A stretch of DNA of 64,000 nt, taken from Candidatus Latescibacterota bacterium. GTDB lineage: Bacteria > Latescibacterota > UBA2968 > SICM01. Position numbers and translations under genes: made by a program. This document shows, piece by piece, positions 41,206 through 52,070 of this stretch (position 1 is the stretch's first letter; the number at the start of each line of letters is the position of its first letter). The stretch covers positions 4,384,001 through 4,448,000 of the forward strand of contig CBDCJO010000002.1 in NCBI GenBank assembly GCA_965217865.1, in the 5' to 3' direction. The notes under the pieces are model-generated. The model saw nothing but the letters and a program-made list of their open reading frames with translations. It made no database searches and was not told the origin of the DNA.

Positions 41206-41664
41206 ATGCTGATTACCTGGATCGTTGCAGGTGCTGTTCTCATCGTTCTCGAGTTCATCGTGCCCGGCATGGTGCTCGTTTTCCTCGGTGCAGGAGCTCT
41301 GCTGGTTGCGCTTTTTGTCTGGCTGGGCTTGATCCAAACCTGGATGGCGGCGATAACGACATGGTTCATCGCTTCCCTGGTTCTCCTTCTAGTGTTGCGC
41401 AGCTTCTTTCAGCGATTCATGTCTGGGGATGTTGAGAGGCAGTCCACCAACGAGGACTTCGCTGCCTACGGAGAGGTAGTAGATGTTGTGGAGGCCATCG
41501 GACCGGATAAGGAGGGTCGGATCCGGTACCGGGGAACCACCTGGCAGGCCATCTGCTATGACCACACTCTCGATGCGGGCACAAAAGCCCAGATTGTGTG
41601 TCGCGATAACCTTATCTGGATAGTTGAGCCTGCAAACCCACTCGATGCATCATACCCCCAATAG
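41206..41664 (+). CDS. NfeD-like C-terminal domain membrane protein
   Basis: WIVAGAVLIVLEFIVPG and GRIRYRGTTWQA; upstream of SPFH genes. Confidence 0.88.
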   Translation: MLITWIVAGAVLIVLEFIVPGMVLVFLGAGALLVALFVWLGLIQTWMAAITTWFIASLVLLLVLRSFFQRFMSGDVERQSTNEDFAAYGEVVDVVEAIGPDKEGRIRYRGTTWQAICYDHTLDAGTKAQIVCRDNLIWIVEPANPLDASYPQ

Positions 41665-41676
41665 AGGAGAAGAACG

Positions 41677-42591
41677 ATGCTGACGGCATTTACCTTTCTT
41701 GTTCTGGTGGTGCTCTTCGTGCTGTGGAAGACCTTCATCATAGTGCATATGCGCGAAGCTGTAGTGGTGCAGCGGCTGGGCAAGTTTCGGGTTGTGCTGC
41801 CCCCAGGATTTCATTTCATCATCCCCTTCTTCGATCGCGTCGCCTATCGCCATGAAACGCGAGAGCAGGTGATCGACATTCCCAGCCAAGCTTGCATCAC
41901 CCGCGACAACATCCAGGTAGAGGTGGACGGTCTCGTTTACCTCCAGGTCCTGGATCCCCAGAAAGCCAGCTACGGCATTGAGGATTATATTAGGGCCAGC
42001 GTCAATCTGGCGCAGACCACCATGCGTTCGGAGATCGGAAAGCTCTCCCTCGGCCAATCGTTTTATGAGCGAGAGCACCTGAACGAGACCATCGTGAAGG
42101 AGATCGATAAGGCCTCGGATTCCTGGGGTATCAAGGTGCTGCGCTACGAGCTGAGAAACATCACGCCTTCACCCAATGTGGTGCACACCCTTGAGAAACA
42201 AATGGAGGCCGAGCGAGAGAAGCGTGCCGAGATCACAAGAGCTTCGGCGGAGAAAGAGGCCACCATCAATGTTTCACAGGGAGAGCGCCAGGAAGACATC
42301 AACCTCTCCGAAGGCGAGAAACAGCGCCGCATTAACGTGGCCAAGGGCCGCGCCGAGGCGATCTCCACTCTGGCGGAAGCCACGGCGGAAGGCACAAAAC
42401 TCATCGCCGTTGCCGTGCAGAAGGAGGGTGGTTCTTCGGCGCTGAAGATGCAGCTGGTGGAGGAATTCATTGAAACTTTCGGTGAGGTTATCACGAAGGC
42501 CAACACCTCCGTGGTTCCCTTGGAGCTCGCAAAAATCAAGGGCTTCTTCGACGGTCTCTCAAAAGTGGCCGACGGTGTGCCCGCAAAGTGA
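41677..42591 (+). CDS. SPFH/band 7 (QmcA/paraslipin-like) protein
   Basis: VVQRLGKF, ITRDN, LAQTTMRSEIG, WGIKVLRYE, QMEAEREKRA. Confidence 0.93.
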   Translation: MLTAFTFLVLVVLFVLWKTFIIVHMREAVVVQRLGKFRVVLPPGFHFIIPFFDRVAYRHETREQVIDIPSQACITRDNIQVEVDGLVYLQVLDPQKASYGIEDYIRASVNLAQTTMRSEIGKLSLGQSFYEREHLNETIVKEIDKASDSWGIKVLRYELRNITPSPNVVHTLEKQMEAEREKRAEITRASAEKEATINVSQGERQEDINLSEGEKQRRINVAKGRAEAISTLAEATAEGTKLIAVAVQKEGGSSALKMQLVEEFIETFGEVITKANTSVVPLELAKIKGFFDGLSKVADGVPAK

Positions 42592-42610
42592 ACTCGTGAG
42601 GAGGCCTATA

Positions 42611-43552
42611 ATGTCGCAGACTTCTCCGTCAGAGATATTCAACCTCGTTGTCTGGGGAATTCTGTTCCTCGTACTGATCGTAAAGTTCTTCCAATCGATC
42701 CGTCTCGTGCCCACGCAGTCCGCCTATGTTGTGGAGCGGCTGGGTCGATATTCCAAGACTCTAGGTCCGGGATTCCATGCCCTTGTCCCCTTTTTCGACC
42801 GTGTGGCTTTCATCCAAGATCTCAAGGAGGAGACGGTTGACGTGCCGCCGCAGGAATGTTTCACCCGTGATGAGGTGCAGGTGGAAGTGGACGGTGTGAT
42901 CTACATGTCCGTGACCGATCCGGTCAAGGCGAGCTACGGTGTTACGGACTACTCCTTCGCTGCGATGCAGCTTGCCCAAACCACAACACGCTCGGTCATC
43001 GGGACCCTGGAACTGGATCGAACCTTCGAGGAGCGCGACCTGATTTCCTCCAAGGTGGTAGAAGTGCTGGAGAAGGCCGGAGAGCACTGGGGAATCAGGG
43101 TGCACCGCTACGAAATCAAGAACCTGGCTCCCCCGCCCACGGTGAAGGAAGCCATGGAAAAGCAGGTCACATCCGAGCGCAACCGCCGCGCTATCGTGGC
43201 CCAGTCGGAAGGGGACAAACAGAGTCGTATCAATACATCGGAAGGCAGGAAGCTCGAACTCATCAATCGATCCGAAGGCGAAATGCAGCGTACGATCAAC
43301 GAGGCGCAAGGAAAGGCCCAAGAGATCCGCTCCATCGCGCAGGCCACAGCCCAGTCGATTGAGCAGATAGCGTCAGCCATCAGCGTGCCCGGGGGTGAAT
43401 CGTCGGTGCGACTGCAGCTTGCGGTGAAGTATCTCAAGCAGCTGAGGACTTTGGCCCAAGACAAGACCCAGGTGCTCCTGCCCGCGGATTTGACCAACCT
43501 GGAGGGACTGCTCAAGTCGATTGAGCTGTCGGGACCGGGTGAGAAATCATGA
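42611..43552 (+). CDS. SPFH/band 7 protein (second paralogue)
   Basis: VVERLGRY, LAQTTTRSVIG, WGIRVHRYE; SD GAGGAGG before the ATG at 42611. Confidence 0.93.
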   Translation: MSQTSPSEIFNLVVWGILFLVLIVKFFQSIRLVPTQSAYVVERLGRYSKTLGPGFHALVPFFDRVAFIQDLKEETVDVPPQECFTRDEVQVEVDGVIYMSVTDPVKASYGVTDYSFAAMQLAQTTTRSVIGTLELDRTFEERDLISSKVVEVLEKAGEHWGIRVHRYEIKNLAPPPTVKEAMEKQVTSERNRRAIVAQSEGDKQSRINTSEGRKLELINRSEGEMQRTINEAQGKAQEIRSIAQATAQSIEQIASAISVPGGESSVRLQLAVKYLKQLRTLAQDKTQVLLPADLTNLEGLLKSIELSGPGEKS

Positions 43553-43654
43553 ATGGCAGGGGGACAGCCGAGACGCGGAAACTCTAAGAGGACAGGAAGG
43601 CAGTGCCTGAATCGGTTTGAGATTTTGTTCGAGGACTTGGTCCCGTTACCTTAG

Positions 43655-45180
43655 CAGCCCGTTGAAGAACTACCTTTCAACGCACATAAACGGAAAAGAC
43701 GCCTGGAGTGCGGGTCAGATAAATCAAGGTAAGGAGATTGAGCAGGAGACGCTGATAAGAGGTTAAAAAGGTGACCGAGGGCAGCAAACGTGATTGTAGG
43801 ACGAGCAGTAGACGCTGCAAGGCCTTGGCCAGGTCCTGGAGGGCCTTCGGAGTACCTACGCCCATCACTTTGCGCATGAGCAGAGCCAGGTTGCAGCCCC
43901 CGATGTGGATCAGCAAACGCTTGAGGATATTGCCGCGGTCTCTCAAGTGCAACCTGCGCATGCCACCGGTATCATATGTGTGAGCGATGGTTCTTTCCAC
44001 CCGTTCTGCACGACTTCGGCGCAAGGCCTTGCCGCGATCTCCCTTGATCCGGCGTCGATTCGCATATACCGCGGCCTGCTCATCTCGTCGGCCGTTCCAC
44101 TTGCGGCGTCCCCGATCCGGTTCTGAAATGTAACTCCGGATGCCGCCTTGCTTCAGACTGGTCAATACATCGTTGCTATGATATCCTTTGTCCGCAACCA
44201 CCTCCCGTATACGCTGTCTGTGCAAACGTTTGGCAGCTTTTTCGTCCTTCGCGACCTGCTTGAGATTGAGCGGCGCCTCGAGCAGCGTCCAGGGCAACGA
44301 CCCGGTATCTCCTTCATCTGCTCCCGACAACGCCACTGCCACAATGGCATTGGTGTCCAGATCCACCGCGTGCTCCACCTTGTGCGCCATGTGCGTGCGA
44401 CCGTCCTTCATCTTAGCGATCTTGGCATCCGGGTCGTGCGGGTGCTCCCAGTCCTGGTTCGATCCCTTCTTCGGTCGCTTCTTATCGATCTTGGACAAGT
44501 CCTCGCGGGTAGGCGTTTCAATGCCCGAGGCCTTGGCCAGATTCTCAAGGAATGCCTGGTAGCCTTCACCCGTGTCACGGCGTACAATGCTGCGCATCGC
44601 GGCGTTGGCCTCCAGTGTCGTAGCATCCACGCCCAACGTCTTCCCCTTCACCAGACCCGCTTTGCACAAGACCCTCAGGATCCACTTGAAAACCGCTTCG
44701 TGAACTTCCAAGGGAAGCCGATGCCGGATGCGAGACAGGCTGGAATGATCCGGGGTCTGTTCGTCAAGGGCATACCCCAAAAACCGGCGCAACGTCAGCG
44801 AGTCAGATACACGCCATTCGATCCCACGTTCCGAATCAAGTCCCTCGAAATACCCAATCAAAAGCATCCGAAAATAAACCCCGGGCGGAATGCCCTTGCG
44901 ACCCATATGAGGAGCGTAATACCGCTGGCAAAGCCCTTCGACGAACTCGTCGAACCCGTTCGCCTCCAATACCTGATTCAGCTTCTCGTAGAACGGATGA
45001 CCCGGAGATTTCACCAAAGTGTTCGATGCGATGAACAGGTTTTCCTGTCTCTGTCGTCCTCGTTTTCCCATTGCCATTTGCTCGTCCTCCCTTCTCAGTT
45101 TGAACCTGATATATCATAGGACCAAACCACAAGGAAAGACAACAGTCATCTTGGCATAAACGCACTTTTTCAACAGGCTG
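43655..45180 (-). mobile_element. IS1182/IS5-like element, copy 3
   Basis: Same IRs; flanks are TTAG (left) and CTAG (right). Confidence 0.95.
43677..45077 (-). CDS. DDE transposase
   Basis: 466 aa; G-to-E and Q-to-P changes relative to copy 2. Confidence 0.95.
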   Translation of the reverse strand: MAMGKRGRQRQENLFIASNTLVKSPGHPFYEKLNQVLEANGFDEFVEGLCQRYYAPHMGRKGIPPGVYFRMLLIGYFEGLDSERGIEWRVSDSLTLRRFLGYALDEQTPDHSSLSRIRHRLPLEVHEAVFKWILRVLCKAGLVKGKTLGVDATTLEANAAMRSIVRRDTGEGYQAFLENLAKASGIETPTREDLSKIDKKRPKKGSNQDWEHPHDPDAKIAKMKDGRTHMAHKVEHAVDLDTNAIVAVALSGADEGDTGSLPWTLLEAPLNLKQVAKDEKAAKRLHRQRIREVVADKGYHSNDVLTSLKQGGIRSYISEPDRGRRKWNGRRDEQAAVYANRRRIKGDRGKALRRSRAERVERTIAHTYDTGGMRRLHLRDRGNILKRLLIHIGGCNLALLMRKVMGVGTPKALQDLAKALQRLLLVLQSRLLPSVTFLTSYQRLLLNLLTLIYLTRTPGVFSVYVR

Positions 45181-45396
45181 CTAGGCGAGGGGGGCGCTTA
45201 CACAAAACTCTTGACACCTCCGCCGAAATTCCACTACTACATATAAAAGACCTACTGCCACATTCGCTTCGCTACGGCCAACTTGAATCTGAGTTCCTCT
45301 TTGGATTCTTCTCCACACCAGTAGAACCCACCTTCTTACCGTTAAAGTCTGGCTGGTCTTCTTCCTTCCAACGATCCTGGATTTGACTTACCCAAC

Positions 45397-46180
45397 CCTA
45401 TCGCGGGTTTCGTTTCACTCAGCCGCAACCAAAAAGATGTACGCATCTTGCGTAGAAGTCAAACTGTAAGACTCTAAATTCCCTCCCGGGAGGGGTGCCG
45501 GGCTTGAGACCCACCCCTTAATCCCCTCCAAGGAGGGGACTTTCATTTTCATGGCGTATTCCAAGCAACGCTCACCAAAATCCCCTCCCGGGAGGGGTGC
45601 CCCGGCGTGACTTAAGCCGGGGTGGGGTGGGTCATATCCCATTCTCATCTATCCAATTCGGATCCCATGCAGCACGACTTCCAGATCTGCTTGATATCCC
45701 CGTCAGTAAATCGCAGCACCCGAACACCGAGCCTCTCCAATCTATCCTGTCTTTCCTTATCTCTAAGGTAATGCGTCTATCTGAGGACCTTTCTCAGAGA
45801 CCCACCCCTTAATCCCCTCCAAGGAGGGGACTTTCATTTTCATGGCGTATTCCAAGCAACACTCACCAAAATCCCCTCCCTGGAGGGGTGCCCCGGCGTG
45901 ACTTAAGCCTGGGTGGGGTGGTCATATCCCATTCTCATCTATCCAATTCCGAATCCCATGCAGCACACCTTCGAGATTCTGCTTAACATCCCCGTCAGTA
46001 AATCGCAGCACCCGAAAACCGAGCCTCTCCAATCTATCCTGTCTTGCCTTATCTCTAAGGTAATGCGTCTATTCTGAGGATCTTTCTCAGACCCACTCCT
46101 ATCGCGGGTTTCGTTTCACTCTGCCGCGACCAAAAAGATGTACGCTTCTTGCGTAGAAGTCATACTGTAAGACTCTAAAT
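45397..46180. repeat. 83-bp direct repeats bracketing a tandem pair of ~291-bp REP/DUF559-fragment units
   Basis: DRs at 45397-45479 and 46098-46180; units start at 45506 and 45797. The minus strand reads RDKERQDRLERLGVRVLRFTD (DUF559-like C-terminus). Confidence 0.85.
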
Positions 46181-47194
46181 AGAACACCCCCTCCCTAGCC
46201 TTGGTGCAAACCTCTCGTGTTTTGTTTGATCGGGAGTGCTTGTTTCCGTCCACAGTGCTGGATATCGCATAGTTTTGTCCCTGCCCTTGTATCTCCTTCC
46301 CTGTTTTCCTTGACATCCAATATATTCCCCAGTACATTTTCTGCGTAGGTCAATCGAGCCCCTAGTTCCCTATTGGGAGGAAACCGATGTCCGCGGGGGA
46401 TGAAGCATATGAATAAAGATGACAAGCCGCATCTGGTTAGGTGCGGCTTTTTGGTTTGAATGCGAGAGAGTCAGATATGCAGTCTCCTTACCATTTCCGG
46501 AACCGCACGATGATCGCTCATCTTTTCATCTCGTTGATCCTCCCCGTCGCAGGGATAACCTTCTTCGCCCCCAATGCAGGCGCTGTGTCCCCGGACTCCT
46601 TGTCTGCGTCCCTGGACTCCTTACAGGCGGAGCTCGACTCGTTGATGAACGCCACGCCGCCTGTGAAAGTGAGCAATCAGGCCTTTGGTCATGGAGTCGA
46701 ATCCTTGAATGAGGGGTCACCTGAAGTTCAACCGGTGAACCTGGATTCGCTGGTGGAGGTGGCCGCCTTGCTGGCGGAAGCGGGGGATCCAGAAGGGGCC
46801 GCAGCAGCCCACCGGACCCTGGGAGCGATCTATCTGAGCGGAAGACGGCTCGATGCGGCGGAGGAGGCGTTTGATCGGGCGCGCCGCCTCGACGATTCGG
46901 CGGCGTCATGGTTTGGTCTGGGGTTAGTCGCGGCTGCGGGGGACAGATCCCGGAAGCGGGAGTCGCTGAACCGGTTCCGGGAGGCCCTGGTCCGCGACCC
47001 GAAGATGTCCGATGCCCGCTATCGACTCGCCCTCGTGCTGCACAGCCTGGGAGAGGGGAATGCTAGGACGGAGCTTGTGCTCCTTGTGAAGAAGGATCCG
47101 AAGTACACAGCGGGCTACCTCCTCCTCTCCGAGTGGGCTGAGCAGAAACCTTACGGTCTCGAAGAAGCCCTCGAATGGTGTGAGCGTGGCCTAG

Positions 47195-48720
47195 CAGCCT
47201 GTTGAAAAAGTGCGTTTATGCCAAGATGACTGTTGTCTTTCCTTGTGGTTTGGTCCTATGATATATCAGGTTCAAACTGAGAAGGGAGGACGAGCAAATG
47301 GCAATGGGAAAACGAGGCCGACAGAGACAGGAAAACCTGTTCATCGCATCGAACACTTTGGTGAAATCTCCGGGTCATCCGTTCTACGAGAAGCTGAATC
47401 AGGTATTGGGGGCGAACGGCTTCGACGAGTTCGTCGAGGGGCTTTGCCAGCGGTATTACGCTCCTCATATGGGTCGCAAGGGCATTCCGCCCGGGGTTTA
47501 TTTTCGGATGCTTTTGATTGGGTATTTCGAGGGACTTGATTCGGAACGTGGGATCGAATGGCGTGTATCTGACTCGCTGACGTTGCGCCGGTTTTTGGGG
47601 TATGCCCTTGACGAACAGACCCCGGATCATTCCAGCCTGTCTCGCATCCGGCATCGGCTTCCCTTGGAAGTTCACGAAGCGGTTTTCAAGTGGATCCTGA
47701 GGGTCTTGTGCAAAGCGGGTCTGGTGAAGGGGAAGACGTTGGGCGTGGATGCTACGACACTGGAGGCCAACGCCGCGATGCGCAGCATTGTACGCCGTGA
47801 CACGGGTGAAGGCTACCAGGCATTCCTTGAGAATCTGGCCAAGGCCTCGGGCATTGAAACGCCTACCCGCGAGGACTTGTCCAAGATCGATAAGAAGCGA
47901 CCGAAGAAGGGATCGAACCAGGACTGGGAGCACCCGCACGACCCGGATGCCAAGATCGCTAAGATGAAGGACGGTCGCACGCACATGGCGCACAAGGTGG
48001 AGCACGCGGTGGATCTGGACACCAATGCCATTGTGGCAGTGGCGTTGTCGGGAGCAGATGAAGGAGATACCGGGTCGTTGCCCTGGACGCTGCTCGAGGC
48101 GCAGCTCAATCTCAAGCAGGTCGCGAAGGACGAAAAAGCTGCCAAACGTTTGCACAGACAGCGTATACGGGAGGTGGTTGCGGACAAAGGATATCATAGC
48201 AACGATGTATTGACCAGTCTGAAGCAAGGCGGCATCCGGAGTTACATTTCAGAACCGGATCGGGGACGCCGCAAGTGGAACGGCCGACGAGATGAGCAGG
48301 CCGCGGTATATGCGAATCGACGCCGGATCAAGGGAGATCGCGGCAAGGCCTTGCGCCGAAGTCGTGCAGAACGGGTGGAAAGAACCATCGCTCACACATA
48401 TGATACCGGTGGCATGCGCAGGTTGCACTTGAGAGACCGCGGCAATATCCTCAAGCGTTTGCTGATCCACATCGGGGGCTGCAACCTGGCTCTGCTCATG
48501 CGCAAAGTGATGGGCGTAGGTACTCCGAAGGCCCTCCAGGACCTGGCCAAGGCCTTGCAGCGTCTACTGCTCGTCCTACAATCACGTTTGCTGCCCTCGG
48601 TCACCTTTTTAACCTCTTATCAGCGTCTCCTGCTCAATCTCCTTACCTTGATTTATCTGACCCGCACTCCAGGCGTCTTTTCCGTCTATGTGCGTTGAAA
48701 GGTAGTTCTTCAACGGGCTG
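47195..48720 (+). mobile_element. IS1182/IS5-like element, copy 4
   Basis: Same IRs, with CTAG at 47191-47194 and 48721-48724. Confidence 0.95.
47298..48698 (+). CDS. DDE transposase
   Basis: 466 aa, same protein as copy 2. Confidence 0.95.
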   Translation: MAMGKRGRQRQENLFIASNTLVKSPGHPFYEKLNQVLGANGFDEFVEGLCQRYYAPHMGRKGIPPGVYFRMLLIGYFEGLDSERGIEWRVSDSLTLRRFLGYALDEQTPDHSSLSRIRHRLPLEVHEAVFKWILRVLCKAGLVKGKTLGVDATTLEANAAMRSIVRRDTGEGYQAFLENLAKASGIETPTREDLSKIDKKRPKKGSNQDWEHPHDPDAKIAKMKDGRTHMAHKVEHAVDLDTNAIVAVALSGADEGDTGSLPWTLLEAQLNLKQVAKDEKAAKRLHRQRIREVVADKGYHSNDVLTSLKQGGIRSYISEPDRGRRKWNGRRDEQAAVYANRRRIKGDRGKALRRSRAERVERTIAHTYDTGGMRRLHLRDRGNILKRLLIHIGGCNLALLMRKVMGVGTPKALQDLAKALQRLLLVLQSRLLPSVTFLTSYQRLLLNLLTLIYLTRTPGVFSVYVR

Positions 48721-50610
48721 CTAGAGGCAAATCCGGATGATCCGGACCTCCTGGTCCGAAGTGAGGAGCTCAAGTTTCTCTCCGGTGGGGAGGACACTGG
48801 GATCAATGTGTTGATGTCCTACCTCAAAAAGAGGCCTCACGAGATCCGTCTCTTGCCCCTGATCGGACAGGCCCACCTGAAGAAGGGGCGGTTGGGGCCC
48901 GCGGATGCTGTGTTTCGCGCCTATCTGGACCGGATCAGCCCTCAGGAGCGGACATTCTACGATGACATTTCGCTGGTGGGGTCGCAGGAGGAGATAGAGG
49001 CATTTAGAGCCATCAAGCCGGAGGATGCTCCGGAGTTTCTGCGGCAGTTCTGGGCTCGGCGGGACATAGACCTGATATCCGGAGTTAACCGGCGACGTCT
49101 TGAGCACTATCGGCGCGTGTGGGTTGCCCGGACGCAGTTCTCTAAGGGACGGACACCGTGGGACCGGCGTGGGGAGATCTACATTCGCTATGGGGAGCCT
49201 TACTTCCGGCAGCGGTCGTGGGAGGGCAACTTCAAAAAGGCGATGGACCGGAAGGTACAGGCCGTGCGGCCCGCCTTTACGGCACAATGAGAACGAATGT
49301 CCGTGGCCTCATTATGTTTCTGGAAGGTGAGGATGGTAGGATACCGCTCGACACTACTTTTTCGAGTGTGACCATGGACATGGGACTCCACCAGGGTCCG
49401 GTCTATCCGTTGCAGGCCTTCGGGCCAGGCTTCACCATTCCAGCGGCGGGTGGAAACACCCCTGTGTCGTGGGAGAGTTGGATATACCCCCATATCGAAG
49501 GGGGGATCGAGTTCGTCTTCACCGACGAATTCCGCGGGTATGACTATGACTTTGCCCCGATTCCCACGATTTATCTCCCCAGAAAACCGCCGCCGCGACT
49601 TATTAGGATCCCTACCATGGTGCGCGAAGGGGCTCCAGAGCAGGTCTATCTCGCTTTAAAGTCAAAGGCGCGGTCGTTGTACTTGCCTGAGGATCTGACA
49701 AGGCCGCTCACGTCTCACGTGGCCACAGTGGACTTCCGGGGGAGCCGCGACAGTACACGCGTGGAGATCTACCTGGAGGTGCCCGTCGAAGAGATCACTC
49801 CGACGGAGCAGGGCTGGCCGGGGGAGCGGTGGGTGGTCGTGTACGACAAGACGTGGCGAGAGGTTCACAGATCCATGGACCGTTCACCGCTCCAAGTCCT
49901 GCCGGGGTTCGATAAGGAGATCCTGGATGTGATGGTGTTCAACTTGCCGGAAGGCGACTATTATATGGCTGTGAAGGTCAGAGACCTGAAGTCCAAACGA
50001 ACGCAGGTGGTCCGCGACAGCCTCCGCGTGGAGGGTTACGGAGGAGAAGGCCTCCGGATGAGCGGGATAGAGATCGCCCGCAGGATTGCGCCCACAACAG
50101 AGGAAGGTAAGTTCGTGAAACACGGGCTGGAAGTAATCCCCATGCCTTCCTTTACTTTCAAACGGGATCAGGATGTCTTCCTCTACTTTGAGGTTTACAA
50201 TCTCACCCGGGACGCGCAGGGGCGGACGCACTACCAGGTCGATTATACAACGCGAAAGCTGGAGGGTGGCATCGGTCATCTGGTCCTGTCGGGCCTCGGA
50301 CGGCTGATCGGAAGACGCAAGAAGGAGGACGAAATCACGGTCTCCTACGAGTTAGGGGGAGAGGCGACCCAGGAGATAATCCACACAGCGCTGGATTTGA
50401 GGAAGGGGAAAAAAGGGGACCACACTCTTCAGGTGACCGTTACGGACCTGATCAGTGGGATTGGAGTAAGCAGACAGACATCCTTCGTTCTTCGGTAAAG
50501 GAACTTGAATATGGGGGTTGCCTCAGTGTGATCTACGTAAGAACGGCAGCAGCTTTAATTTACGTCATAACTATTTGCGCATACCAGCTAGATTCGTTAT
50601 CTTGATTGTA

Positions 50611-51033
50611 ATGAAAAAGCTCACAATATCCAACGCAGAGCGTGTCATCCTTACGCTAGAGGATGAGATTCAGCGATCTCCGGAGTCCCGCTATGAGCAT
50701 CGGCTGCACGCGATCTTGCTGATTGTCCGGGGGAACAGCAGTCTGGAGGCTGCCCAACTACTTGGCGACGCGCCTCGAACCATAGCCAACTGGGTGAAAA
50801 GGTTTGAACAGAGGGGCCTGGCCGGGCTGATGGAGAGAGGGCGTTCCGGACGTCCCCGACGGCTGAGCGAAGACCAAGTTGCACAGATCGATGCTGCTTT
50901 GAGGAAGACCCCGAGGGACTTCGGGTTGACCGGTAATGTCTGGAGTGGCAAGACCCTGGCGGCATTTATCCGGCAGTGGAATGTGACCCTGGGAGTCCGA
51001 CAGTGCCAGCGGATGCTTCGGAAAAGGCAGTAG
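50611..51033 (+). pseudogene. IS630-family transposase N-terminal HTH fragment (no DDE domain)
   Basis: RLHAILL...TIANWVKRFEQRGLAGL...GRPRRLS...WSGKTLA. Confidence 0.8.
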
Positions 51034-51059
51034 CAAGTATGACCCTTCCGCCCATCCCA

Positions 51060-51410
51060 AGGGTCAGAAGTCGGGGGTCAGAGGTCAGGAAGCAAAGCTC
51101 TTGGGACTTTATACGCAATTATTTAAGACGTTATATATACCGTAGGTTTATATATATACCGTAGGTTTACATGGTTAATTCTGCGCGCGCGTGCAGAATT
51201 GATAAGGGGCTAGGGAAAAGCAGTGGCAAATGACAGTAGCAGGAAGGCAACGGCAGGGGCCAGAGGTCAGGGGTCGGGGAAAAGCACACAAAACGATTTA
51301 AATTGCAGAATTACAGCATATTACGCACAGAATTCGCCCAGGCCTGGCCTCAGGTGAGGAATTGTGAACGCGCGTTCACAATTGGGTTGGGAAAAGCAGT
51401 AGCAGTGGCG
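51060..51410. repeat. Composite repeat patch: heptamer repeats, a tandem 19-mer and two 24-bp palindromes
   Basis: TATATATACCGTAGGTTTA twice (51132-51169); palindromes at 51177-51200 and 51360-51383. Confidence 0.75.
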
Positions 51411-51566
51411 TCTATCGGAAAATAGCAGGTTTACCGGACGGCTTTCGCCGAGACCTTCGCGTCTGAACCCAGGCGTTATGTTCATTTCACTTATTGACGT
51501 TAGAAAAGGCTTACCACTTGCAAAGTGACATTTGCATTGGCTCTCGTGATAATTTTTTCCGGCACT

Positions 51567-51830
51567 ATGATTCGATACTTGATTGACGACAAATTGACGG
51601 TTGACGAGTATGTGGAATTTCTTTCACGCTCAGATCTGGGTCACCAATATCCCAGGAAGAATTTTACACCCCGGATTGAGCGGTTGCTTCACCACATCGA
51701 CATATGCATCTCCGCACGAAACGAAACGGGTCATCTCGTTGGCATTTGCTTTGGGCTAACGGATTTCGCTTATTTCCCCCTGAGCGTAGTCGAAGGATGC
51801 TCAAGAAAATTAATTTCCTTTCACCCATAG
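51567..51830 (+). pseudogene. Truncated GNAT acetyltransferase
   Basis: ISARNETGHLVGICFGLTDFAY, cut by a REP-like CCCTGAGCGTAGTCGAAGG near 51778. Confidence 0.65.
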
Positions 51831-51894
51831 TGGTGTATTACATAATTAACCTTGAATTTGGTACTGCTTTCATGCGAAGGATGTCAGTTTTAAC

Positions 51895-52070
51895 TCCCTC
51901 ATCCCCTGTATCCCCTTCTCCCGCTTAGCAGGAGAAGGGGACGATGACATTCATTTTCTATATATTAAGGATCTCGCCTTTCCCTTCATTAAACGATTAG
52001 ATCATTTTTCGATCTTCCCCTCTCCCGGCACCCGGGAGAGGGGTGCCGAGCTTGCGAGGCGGGGTGAGGG
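51895..52070. repeat. Pair of REP-like hairpins
   Basis: TCCCCTTCTCC...GGAGAAGGGGA and CCCCTCTCCCGG...CCGGGAGAGGGG. Confidence 0.65.

Larger units (their letters stand above)
46477..50498 (+). pseudogene. TPR plus GWxTD-domain secreted protein, interrupted by IS copy 4 and frameshifted near 49268
   Basis: Removing the IS and one CTAG restores ...CERGL-EANPDDPDLL... in frame. PWDRRGEIYIRYGEP, WESWIY and LYFEVYNL motifs. Confidence 0.87.

Noticed and set aside
45397-46180. Possible CRISPR array
   Set aside because: The repeats are 83 and ~291 bp with no unique spacers, and there are no cas genes.
51132-51169. Plasmid iterons or replication origin
   Set aside because: Only two 19-mers, with no rep gene or DnaA-box cluster seen.
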